Shown: positions 32,148-41,142 of the stretch, one piece after another
How positions within the stretch are numbered: position 1 is the first letter of the stretch
Layout: each line of letters opens with the position of its first letter
Assembly: GCA_022558485.1 (NCBI GenBank)
Contig: CP066222.1
Coordinates: 154,603-218,602 of the forward strand
Direction: 5' to 3'
Source of the DNA: a gamma proteobacterium endosymbiont of Trioza apicalis
Lineage (GTDB): Bacteria; Pseudomonadota; Gammaproteobacteria; Enterobacterales; G022558485
Length of the DNA stretch: 64,000 bases
Translations under genes and position numbers: made by a program
The notes under the pieces: generated by a model
The model's input: only the letters and a program-made list of their open reading frames with translations
Told to the model about the DNA's origin: nothing
Databases searched by the model: none

Positions 32148-33551
32148 TTATTTATAGTTATAAATATTTGTATAATTATCAAAACGAGAACATTTTCCAT
32201 TAAAAATTAATCTTATAGTACCCATAGGACCATTACGTTGCTTACCAATTATTATTTCAGCAACACCTTTTAAATTACTATTTTCACGATAAACTTCCTC
32301 ACGATAAATAAACATAATTAAATCAGCATCTTGTTCTATAGAACCTGACTCACGAAGATCTGAATTAATTGGACGTTTATCAGAACGTTGTTCCAAACTA
32401 CGATTTAATTGAGATAAAGCTATAATAGGTACATTTAATTCTTTAGCTAAAGATTTTAAAGAACGTGAAATTTCAGATATCTCTAAAGTACGATTATCAG
32501 AAAGTGATGGAACACGCATTAATTGAAGATAATCAATCATAATAAGACTAAGACCGCCATGCTCACAAAATAAACGACGAGAACGCGTTCTTACTTCAGT
32601 AGGCGTTAAACCAGAAGAATCATCTACATATATATTACGTTTTTTTAATAAAAAAATCATAGTATTTGAGATACGAGCCCATTCCTCATTATTTAATTGA
32701 CCAGTTCGTATTTTATTTTGTTCAACACGAGATAAAGAAGATAACATACGTATCATAATTTGATCACTAAGCATTTCCAAACTAAAAATAAGAATAGGTT
32801 TTTTTACAAACATAGCTGCGTTCTCACATAAATTCATAGCAAAGGTAGTTTTACCCATTGAAGGTCTAGAAGCAATAATAATTAAATCAGATTTTTGAAA
32901 ACCAAATGTTTTTCTATCAAGATCTAAGTAACCACTGGAAACACCAGTAATATCATTTATTGGTTTTTTATAAACTTGTTCAATATTTAACATAGTACTT
33001 TCTAAAAGAAGATTAATATTTTTAGGTCCTATATTTTTTATAGTACGATTTTCTGCAATTTTAAATATTTTTGATTCAGCTAAATCTAATAAATCTTCAC
33101 TACTACGACCTTTAGGATCATAACCAGCATCAGCTATTTCATTTGCTACTAAAATCATCTTTCTAACTACTGCGCGTTCACGAACAATTTCAGCATAAGC
33201 ATATATATTAGCAATACTAGGGGTATTTTTCGATAATTCAGCTAAATAAGCGAATCCACCTACTGATTTTAATTCACCTGATTGTTCTAAAGATTCTGAT
33301 AGTGTAATTAAATCTATGGGCTTACCTAATTCATAAAGACATTGCATTTTATTAAAAATTTGACGATGAGATATATTATAAAAATCATTAACACTTATAC
33401 AATCAATTATACGATCCCATCGTTCATTATCTAACATTAAACCACCAAGTACAGATTGCTCAGCTTCTAATGAATATGGTGGAATTTTAAATTCTTTCAA
33501 TCTATTATTTCCAAAAATATTTACTTTTTTTATTTTCTTTTCAAAAGACAT
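32148..33551 (-). CDS. dnaB: Replicative DNA helicase
   Basis: 467-aa ORF with PPYSLEAEQSVLGGLMLDN, Walker A (ASRPSMGKTTFAMN), IMIDYLQLM and SQLNRSLEQRSDKRP. Confidence 0.95.
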   Translation of the reverse strand: MSFEKKIKKVNIFGNNRLKEFKIPPYSLEAEQSVLGGLMLDNERWDRIIDCISVNDFYNISHRQIFNKMQCLYELGKPIDLITLSESLEQSGELKSVGGFAYLAELSKNTPSIANIYAYAEIVRERAVVRKMILVANEIADAGYDPKGRSSEDLLDLAESKIFKIAENRTIKNIGPKNINLLLESTMLNIEQVYKKPINDITGVSSGYLDLDRKTFGFQKSDLIIIASRPSMGKTTFAMNLCENAAMFVKKPILIFSLEMLSDQIMIRMLSSLSRVEQNKIRTGQLNNEEWARISNTMIFLLKKRNIYVDDSSGLTPTEVRTRSRRLFCEHGGLSLIMIDYLQLMRVPSLSDNRTLEISEISRSLKSLAKELNVPIIALSQLNRSLEQRSDKRPINSDLRESGSIEQDADLIMFIYREEVYRENSNLKGVAEIIIGKQRNGPMGTIRLIFNGKCSRFDNYTNIYNYK

Positions 33552-33653
33552 AAATAAATACTCTATTAATAAATAAATTAAATTTTTATTATTATAACAT
33601 AAAATAAAAAATTATTTAAATTAATTTAAAATTTATAAAAGGATAATTTTAAT

Positions 33654-36197
33654 ATGAGAAAAATTTATTATCCTAAAAAAATAGAATCAGTAGCTCAAGA
33701 ATATTGGGATAAAAAAAAAATATTCAAATCAAAAGAAATTAAATATAAAAAAAAATATTATTGTCTATCAATGTTACCATATCCATCTGGAAATCTACAT
33801 ATGGGACATATAAGAAATTATACAATTGGCGATGTTATTTCAAGATATCAAAGAATGTTAGGTAAAAATGTATTACAACCAATTGGTTGGGATGCTTTTG
33901 GTTTACCAGCAGAAAATGCAGCTATAAAAAAAAATATTACACCAAAAAAATGGACATATACTAATATTAGTAATATGAAAAATCAACTTAAATTAATGGG
34001 ATTTAGTTACGATTGGAGTAGAGAAATTACAACATGTGACCCAGAATATTATCGTTGGGAACAATGGTTTTTTATATATTTATATAAAAAAAAAATGATT
34101 TATAAAAAAACAAAAATAGTTAATTGGTGTTATAAAGACAAAACAGTACTTGCCAATGAACAAGTTATTAATGGAAATTGTTGGCGTTGTGATACTAAAA
34201 TTACACTTAAAAAATTACCACAATGGTTTATTAAAATTACTGATTATGCAGAAGAATTATTAACTGAATTAAATAATTTAAAATACTGGCCTGAAAAAGT
34301 TAAAACAATGCAACGCAATTGGATAGGTAAATCTAATGGAATTGAAATTATATTTAAAATAAAAAATATGAAAAAAAACTTAAAAATATATACTAATAAA
34401 ATAAATATTTTAATGGGAGTTACCTATATTATACTTACAATAAACCATCCTTTATCTAAGAAATTATCAAATAAAAATAAAAAAATAAATAATTTTATAA
34501 AAAAAAATAAAATTATTATAAAAAATAAATATATAATTAAGCAAATAGGAATATTTACAAAATTATATGCAATACACCCATTTAATAAAAAATTATTACC
34601 TATATGGATTTCTAATTTTATAAATATAAATGAAAATATTAATTCAATTATGGCAATACCAGCTCACAATAAAAACGATCTAAAGTTTGCATACAAATAT
34701 TCAATACCCATAAAACCAGTAATGATCAATGAAAACAAAAAAAATTTTATATTATTTAATTCTAAAAAATTTAATGAATTAAATTTAAAATCAGCATTTA
34801 ATATTATTAATAATATTTTATTACTTAATAAAAAAGGATATAAAAAAACTAAATATAAATTACATGATTGGAATATTTCACGTCAACGTTACTGGGGAGC
34901 GCCAATTCCAATAATAACATTAGAAAATGGTGAAAAAAAAACTATAAATGAAAAAAAATTACCAGTAATTCTTCCAAATAAAATATCAAATAAAAAAACA
35001 AATAATTTTTTAAAAAATAAAAAATCTTGGTTACAAACAACTTATAAAGGTAAAAAAGCATTAAGAGAAACAGATACTTTTGATACATTTATGGAATCAT
35101 CTTGGTATTATGCTAGGTATACATGTCCTAATTACAAAAATGGAATACTAGATCCGATTAAAACAAAATATTGGTTACCAATAGATCAATATATAGGTGG
35201 AATTGAACACGCAATAATTCATTTATTATATTTCCGTTTTTATCATAAATTATTACGTGATGCTGGATTTGTAAATACAAATGAACCTGCAAAAAAATTA
35301 TTATGTCAAGGAATGGTTTTATCTAATTCATTTTACTATATTAATAATAATAAAGAAAAAATATGGATATCACCAGAAAAAATAAATATAAAAAAAAATA
35401 AAAAAAACAAAATTATTGAAATAAAAAATTATAAAGGAAAAGAAGTTATATGTAATGGTATGAGTAAAATGTCAAAATCTAGAAATAACGGTATAAATCC
35501 CAAAATAATTATTAATAAATATGGAGCTGATACCTTAAGACTATTTATAATATTTGCCGCACCAATAGAAATGGAATTAGAATGGAATCAATCTGGTATA
35601 GAAGGAGCGAATCGATTTCTTAAACGTATATGGAAATTAATTTATGAATACATAAAAAAAGGAATTATAAAAAACCATAATTATTTATCAATAAATAGTA
35701 AACAAAAAAATTTAATTTATAAAATAAACTCAACAATTAATAATGTGACAAATTATTTTAATAAAAATCAAAAATTAAATATAGCAATTTCTGAAATAAT
35801 GAAATTAGTAAATAAATTAAAAAAATTTATAATTAATAATAAACAAGATAGATATATATTACAAAAAGGATTAATTACAGTAATAAAATTATTATATCCA
35901 TTCACTCCTCATATATGTTTTTATTTATGGAAAATATTAAAAAATAATAAAAAAATTGATAATGAATTATGGCCCAAAATAAATAAAAAAATTATAGAAA
36001 AAAAAGAAATAATTATAATAATTCAAATAAATGGAAAAATGAGAAGTAAAATTTATGTTAAAAAAACAGATAATAAAGAATTTATAATAAATTATGCTAA
36101 AAAAATAAAAAAAATAAAAAAATACATAAACGAAAAAAAAATAAAAAAAATAATATATATACCTAATAAAGTATTAAATATATTAATTAATAATTAA
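33654..36197 (+). CDS. leuS: Leucine--tRNA ligase
   Basis: 847-aa ORF with the HIGH motif (PYPSGNLHMGHIRNY) and KMSKS (GMSKMSKSRNNG). The editing-domain region is strongly Lys/Asn-degenerate. Confidence 0.95.
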   Translation: MRKIYYPKKIESVAQEYWDKKKIFKSKEIKYKKKYYCLSMLPYPSGNLHMGHIRNYTIGDVISRYQRMLGKNVLQPIGWDAFGLPAENAAIKKNITPKKWTYTNISNMKNQLKLMGFSYDWSREITTCDPEYYRWEQWFFIYLYKKKMIYKKTKIVNWCYKDKTVLANEQVINGNCWRCDTKITLKKLPQWFIKITDYAEELLTELNNLKYWPEKVKTMQRNWIGKSNGIEIIFKIKNMKKNLKIYTNKINILMGVTYIILTINHPLSKKLSNKNKKINNFIKKNKIIIKNKYIIKQIGIFTKLYAIHPFNKKLLPIWISNFININENINSIMAIPAHNKNDLKFAYKYSIPIKPVMINENKKNFILFNSKKFNELNLKSAFNIINNILLLNKKGYKKTKYKLHDWNISRQRYWGAPIPIITLENGEKKTINEKKLPVILPNKISNKKTNNFLKNKKSWLQTTYKGKKALRETDTFDTFMESSWYYARYTCPNYKNGILDPIKTKYWLPIDQYIGGIEHAIIHLLYFRFYHKLLRDAGFVNTNEPAKKLLCQGMVLSNSFYYINNNKEKIWISPEKINIKKNKKNKIIEIKNYKGKEVICNGMSKMSKSRNNGINPKIIINKYGADTLRLFIIFAAPIEMELEWNQSGIEGANRFLKRIWKLIYEYIKKGIIKNHNYLSINSKQKNLIYKINSTINNVTNYFNKNQKLNIAISEIMKLVNKLKKFIINNKQDRYILQKGLITVIKLLYPFTPHICFYLWKILKNNKKIDNELWPKINKKIIEKKEIIIIIQINGKMRSKIYVKKTDNKEFIINYAKKIKKIKKYINEKKIKKIIYIPNKVLNILINN

Positions 36198-36240
36198 CAT
36201 TATTTAATATATAAAATTAAATTATATTAAAAGGAAAAAA

Positions 36241-37239
36241 ATGATTAATTTTAATATAAAAAAAATAAAAAAAAATATATATTCCTGTTATTTATTATTT
36301 GGCAATGATTACTTTGTAATACAAAAAAAAAAAAAACAAATTTTAAAAACAGCTAAAATATATAATTATCATGAAAACTATAATATATATATATATATAA
36401 ATACAGATTGGGAACCAATATATAAAATATGTCAAGAAAAAGATTTATTTTACAAAAAAAAAATCATAATATTAAATATTATAGATAATAATTATATAAA
36501 TATTAATAATAAATTATATAATTTAATATCTTTTTTAAAAGAAAACATATTATTAATTATACATGAAAATAAATCAATATTAAATTTTAAAAACTATAAT
36601 TGGTTTAAAGACTTTTATAAAAAAATAATTATAATAAATTGTAAAACACCTAAAAAAAAAAATTTTTACAATTGGATAATAAAATATACTAAAAAAAAAA
36701 AATTATTATTTGATATAAATAGTTATAAAAATATTTATTACAACTATAAAGGAAATTTATCAAACTTAAGCCAAATGCTAACCAGATTAAAACTAAATAA
36801 TAAAAATAAAAAAATATCATTAAAAAATATAAATAATGAATTAAATAACATTACAAATTTTACACCATATAATTGGATAACAACATCATTAAATAAAAAT
36901 ACAAAAAAAGCATTAAATATTTTAAATAAATTGAAATTAAAAAAAACAAATCCAATTTTATTATTAAGAATAATGCAATATTATATATTAAATATATTAG
37001 AAATAAAAAAAAATAAAAATAAGTTTTTTTTAAACAAAAAATATATAAAAAATAAATTAAATTTAATTAAAATTTCAAAAAATATTTCATTAATACAATT
37101 ACATTATGCAATAAAAATAATGACAAAAATAGAAATAAACATAAAAAAAAATAAAAATTGTTTTACATATATTAATTTAAAAACATTAACTTTATTAATT
37201 TGTAATGAATTAAAAATATTAAAAATAATAAATATTTAA
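36241..37239 (+). CDS. holA: DNA polymerase III delta subunit (highly diverged)
   Basis: 332-aa ORF directly after leuS, as in E. coli (lptE is missing). Recognisable islands are CYLLFGNDYFVIQ (E. coli AYLLLGNDPLLLQ), TDWEPIYKICQEKDLF and FTPYNWITTSL..NTKKALNILNKLKLKKTNPILLLRIMQ (E. coli FTPFHWVDALL..KSKRALHILQQLRLEGSEPVILLRTLQ). Confidence 0.7.
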   Translation: MINFNIKKIKKNIYSCYLLFGNDYFVIQKKKKQILKTAKIYNYHENYNIYIYINTDWEPIYKICQEKDLFYKKKIIILNIIDNNYININNKLYNLISFLKENILLIIHENKSILNFKNYNWFKDFYKKIIIINCKTPKKKNFYNWIIKYTKKKKLLFDINSYKNIYYNYKGNLSNLSQMLTRLKLNNKNKKISLKNINNELNNITNFTPYNWITTSLNKNTKKALNILNKLKLKKTNPILLLRIMQYYILNILEIKKNKNKFFLNKKYIKNKLNLIKISKNISLIQLHYAIKIMTKIEINIKKNKNCFTYINLKTLTLLICNELKILKIINI

Positions 37240-37287
37240 TAAAATAATATTAATAAATAAAATATTTTAAATAAAGGTAAAAAAATT

Positions 37288-37605
37288 TTGTCAAACAATA
37301 AAATAATGAATTATATTTTAAAAAAAATAAATAATAACGAAGGAAAAAATATTAAAATTTTAAATGTTAAAAATAAATCAAATATAACAAATTTTATAAT
37401 AATATGCACAGGGATATCTAATAAACATATTATGAACATTGCTAATAATATTATAAAAAAAATAAATTTAATTGGAATAAAAACAAAATATATAACAATA
37501 GAAAATAGTATAGATTGGATTGTTATTGATTTAAATAATATAATTATACATATTATGTTAAAAGAAACACGCAAACTATATAATATAGAACAATTATGGA
37601 TATAA
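37288..37605 (+). CDS. rsfS: Ribosomal silencing factor RsfS (YbeB)
   Basis: 105-aa ORF with a TTG start. GKNIKILNVKNKSNITNFIIICTGISNKHIMNIAN and DWIVIDLNNIIIHIMLKETRKLYNIEQLW are collinear with E. coli RsfS. Confidence 0.8.
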   Translation: MSNNKIMNYILKKINNNEGKNIKILNVKNKSNITNFIIICTGISNKHIMNIANNIIKKINLIGIKTKYITIENSIDWIVIDLNNIIIHIMLKETRKLYNIEQLWI

Positions 37606-37641
37606 ATTTAATAATTAATATATAATATTAAGTAGGTACTA

Positions 37642-38544
37642 ATGAAAAAAAATATAAAAAATCACAAAAAAGATATATATACAATAAAAGATATTATACG
37701 TTGGACAATTAGTAAATTTAATGCTTCAAAAATTTTTTATGGACACGGAACAGATAATCCTTTAGATGAAGCAATTCAGTTAATATTACCTAATTTATTC
37801 TTACCATTAGATTTTCCAAAAAATTTATATAATACAAATATAACCTTTAAAGAAAAATTAAAAATATTTAAAAAAGTAAAAGAAAGAATAAATAATAAAA
37901 TACCAATATCATATTTAACTAATAAAGCATGGTTTTGTGGTTTAGAATTTTATATAGATAAAAGAGTAATTATACCAAGATCACCTATAAGTGAAATTAT
38001 TAATAATAAATTTTATAATTTATTAAAATTTAAACCTAATTATATTCTTGATATGTGCACAGGATGTGGTTGTTTTGCAATTGCCTGTGCCTATTCTTTT
38101 CCTAAATCAGAAATAGATGCAGTAGATATTAATGTAAATGCTTTAAAAATTACAGAATATAATATTAAAAAACATAAAGTTAATAACAGAGTATTTCCAA
38201 TTTATTCTAATTTATTTAAAAATATAAAATTTAAAAAATATGATATTATTATTACAAACCCACCATATATAAACAATATAAACATTAATATTTTACCAAA
38301 AGAATATAAATACGAACCAATATCCGCGTTAAAAACAAAAAATAAAGGTTTAAAAATAATCAAAATTATTATTTCTTTAGCATCAAATTATCTATCTAAA
38401 AAAGGTATATTAATTTGCGAAGTAGGTAATAATATGTCAAAATTAATAAATAAATATCCTAAATTAAAATTTAAATGGTTTAAATTTAAAAATGGAGGCA
38501 ATGGTGTTTTTATTATAAAAAAAAAACACTTAATTAATTCATAA
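37642..38544 (+). CDS. prmB: Ribosomal protein L3 glutamine N5-methyltransferase
   Basis: 300-aa ORF with FYGHGTDNPLDEAIQLILP, PISYLTNKAWFCGLEFYIDKRVIIPRSPI, ILDMCTGCGCFAIACAY and the NPPY motif (IITNPPYI), collinear with E. coli PrmB (YfcB). Confidence 0.85.
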   Translation: MKKNIKNHKKDIYTIKDIIRWTISKFNASKIFYGHGTDNPLDEAIQLILPNLFLPLDFPKNLYNTNITFKEKLKIFKKVKERINNKIPISYLTNKAWFCGLEFYIDKRVIIPRSPISEIINNKFYNLLKFKPNYILDMCTGCGCFAIACAYSFPKSEIDAVDINVNALKITEYNIKKHKVNNRVFPIYSNLFKNIKFKKYDIIITNPPYINNININILPKEYKYEPISALKTKNKGLKIIKIIISLASNYLSKKGILICEVGNNMSKLINKYPKLKFKWFKFKNGGNGVFIIKKKHLINS

Positions 38545-38597
38545 TTTAAATAAAATTCAATAAATAAAATAAAATTAAATAATTCCAAGAGGCTTTA

Positions 38598-39467
38598 ATG
38601 ATAAGAATAATACTTTTCTTACTAAGTAATATATCAATTATGACAATTTTTGGTTTAATATTAGAGTTAACAAAAATTCAATCAAATAGTAAAATTGGAA
38701 TACTAATTATATCTAGTTTACTTAGCTTTGGAGGAGCTTTTATTTCTTTATTAACATCTAAATCTATAGCATTAAAAAAAGTAAATGGTATTATTGTAGA
38801 ATATCCAAAAAATAATATTGAAAAATGGATAACTAAAATAATTAAAAACCAAGCAAAAATAATGAAAATAAAAACACCTCAAATAGCAATTTATGAAACA
38901 TCAGATATTAATGCTTTCGCCACTGGATCATGTAAAAATAATGCACTAATAGCAATAAGTACAGGTTTATTACAAAAAATGGATAAAGATAAAATATCAG
39001 CAGTTATTGCACACGAAATAAGTCATATTGCTAATGGTGATATGATTACAATGACTCTTTTACAAGGAACCATTAATACATTTGTTATATTTATTGCTAA
39101 AATATTTACTAAATTAGTAATAAAATTAATATATAATAAAATAAATATAAAAAATAAATCATCTTTATATTTCATAATATCTAAAACATTAGAAATAATA
39201 TTTGCAACCTCAGCAAATATAATAACATTATGGTTTTCAAGATATAGAGAATTTCGTGCTGACGCAGGTTCAGCCAAAATAGTCGGCAAAGAAAAAATGA
39301 TTTCAACATTAAAACAATTAATAAAAAATCAAATTAAAGAACATGAAAGAAATATATTAACAACATTTTATATTCACACAAATTATAAAACTTTACATAA
39401 AATTTTTATGTCACACCCAACCTTACAAAAAAGAATAAAAGAACTTAATAATGAAACTTATTTTTAA
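38598..39467 (+). CDS. htpX: Membrane zinc protease HtpX
   Basis: 289-aa ORF with N-terminal TM segments and the HExxH motif (VIAHEISHIANGD), plus EFRADAGSAKIVG and MSHPTLQKRI. Confidence 0.9.
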   Translation: MIRIILFLLSNISIMTIFGLILELTKIQSNSKIGILIISSLLSFGGAFISLLTSKSIALKKVNGIIVEYPKNNIEKWITKIIKNQAKIMKIKTPQIAIYETSDINAFATGSCKNNALIAISTGLLQKMDKDKISAVIAHEISHIANGDMITMTLLQGTINTFVIFIAKIFTKLVIKLIYNKINIKNKSSLYFIISKTLEIIFATSANIITLWFSRYREFRADAGSAKIVGKEKMISTLKQLIKNQIKEHERNILTTFYIHTNYKTLHKIFMSHPTLQKRIKELNNETYF

Positions 39468-39572
39468 AAAAAATAATATAAATTATACTTTTAAAATTAT
39501 TAATTATAATGTATAATATTATTAATATTTTTAATATAATATTAACTATAATTTTAAAAAGAGATATTTATC

Positions 39573-41123
39573 ATGAAAGAACATTTATTTAAAATAATAA
39601 ATGTAAATAATTTTATATTTAAAAAAAAAAAAAAACAAGACAAAAAAAAACCTATTAATATTGTATTAATAGGTGGGGGTATTATGTCTGCAACATTAGG
39701 AATATATTTAAAAATAATAAAACCAAATTGGAAAATTAATATGTATGAACGTTTAAAAGACGTAGGAGAAGAAAGTTCAAATGGTTGGAATAATGCAGGA
39801 ACTGGTCATGCTGCTTTCTGCGAACTTAACTATACAAATTTAACAAATAAAAACACTATAGATATATCAAAAGCAATAAAAATAAATGAATCATTTGCTA
39901 TATCACTACAATTATGGTCTTTTTTAATAAAAAATAAAATTCTAAAAGATCCAAAAAAATTTATTAATAATGTTCCACATATGAGTTTTGTATGGAATAA
40001 TGATAATATAAACTTTTTAAAAAAACGTTATAATACATTAAAAACTAGTAATTTATTTAAAGGTATGATTTACTCAGAAGATATAAATCAAATAAAAAAA
40101 TGGGCACCACTTATTATAAATGGTAGAAATAATTCTCAAAAAATAGCAGCAACATATATGAAGATAGGAACAGATGTTAATTATGGTGAAATAACAAAAC
40201 AACTATTAAAAAACTTAAAAAAAAACATAAATTTTAATTTATATACAGAACATAACGTAACAAATATTAAAAGAAATAAGGATAAAACTTGGTGTTTAAA
40301 TATAATTAACAATAAAAAAGAAAAAATTAAAATAAAATCAAATTATGTGTTTATAGGTAGTGGTGGAGGATCATTAAAATTATTACAAAAATCTAATATA
40401 CCAGAAATGAATAATTTTGCTGGTTTTCCAGTTGGTGGACAATTTTTAGTAGCAACAAATCCTAAAGTAATATATAAACATTATGCTAAAGTTTATGGTA
40501 AAGCACCATTAGGTGCCCCACCTATGTCAGTGCCGCATATTGACACTCGTATTTTAAATGGAAAACAAGTATTACTATTTGGTCCTTTTGCTACTTTTAG
40601 TACTAAATTTCTAAAAAATGGTCAACATCTAGATTTAATTTATTCATTAACAAAAAAAAATATATTACCACTAATGCATGCAGGAATAGATAATATAAAA
40701 TTAATAAATTACTTAATTAAACAATTACTAATGTCAGATCAAGATAGATTAAATGCTCTTAGAAAGTATTACCCATTAGCTAATTACAATGATTGGACTT
40801 TAATTACAGCCGGACAAAGAGTACAAATTATAAAAAAAGATAAAAAAAAAGGTGGTATATTACAATTTGGAACAGAAACAGTAAGTTCTGCAGATGGTTC
40901 ATTATTAGCATTACTTGGAGCATCACCAGGTGCTTCTACTGCAGCATCTATTGCAATTAAAATACTTGAAATAATATTTAAAAAAAAAAAAAATAAAGAA
41001 AAATGGAAAGAAAAAATAAAAAAAATAATTCCATCATATAATAAAAAACTTAACGGAAATATATTATTAACGAATAGCATAAGATATAATACATCTAAAA
41101 TTTTAAATTTAAATTATATATAA
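39573..41123 (+). CDS. mqo: Malate:quinone oxidoreductase
   Basis: 516-aa ORF with LIGGGIMSATLG, ESSNGWNNAGTGHAA, VPHMSFVW, GFPVGGQFLV, APPMSVPHIDTR, LFGPFATFSTKFLK and LLGASPGASTAA, collinear with E. coli Mqo. Confidence 0.9.
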   Translation: MKEHLFKIINVNNFIFKKKKKQDKKKPINIVLIGGGIMSATLGIYLKIIKPNWKINMYERLKDVGEESSNGWNNAGTGHAAFCELNYTNLTNKNTIDISKAIKINESFAISLQLWSFLIKNKILKDPKKFINNVPHMSFVWNNDNINFLKKRYNTLKTSNLFKGMIYSEDINQIKKWAPLIINGRNNSQKIAATYMKIGTDVNYGEITKQLLKNLKKNINFNLYTEHNVTNIKRNKDKTWCLNIINNKKEKIKIKSNYVFIGSGGGSLKLLQKSNIPEMNNFAGFPVGGQFLVATNPKVIYKHYAKVYGKAPLGAPPMSVPHIDTRILNGKQVLLFGPFATFSTKFLKNGQHLDLIYSLTKKNILPLMHAGIDNIKLINYLIKQLLMSDQDRLNALRKYYPLANYNDWTLITAGQRVQIIKKDKKKGGILQFGTETVSSADGSLLALLGASPGASTAASIAIKILEIIFKKKKNKEKWKEKIKKIIPSYNKKLNGNILLTNSIRYNTSKILNLNYI

Positions 41124-41142
41124 TATTAAGATATTAATAAAT

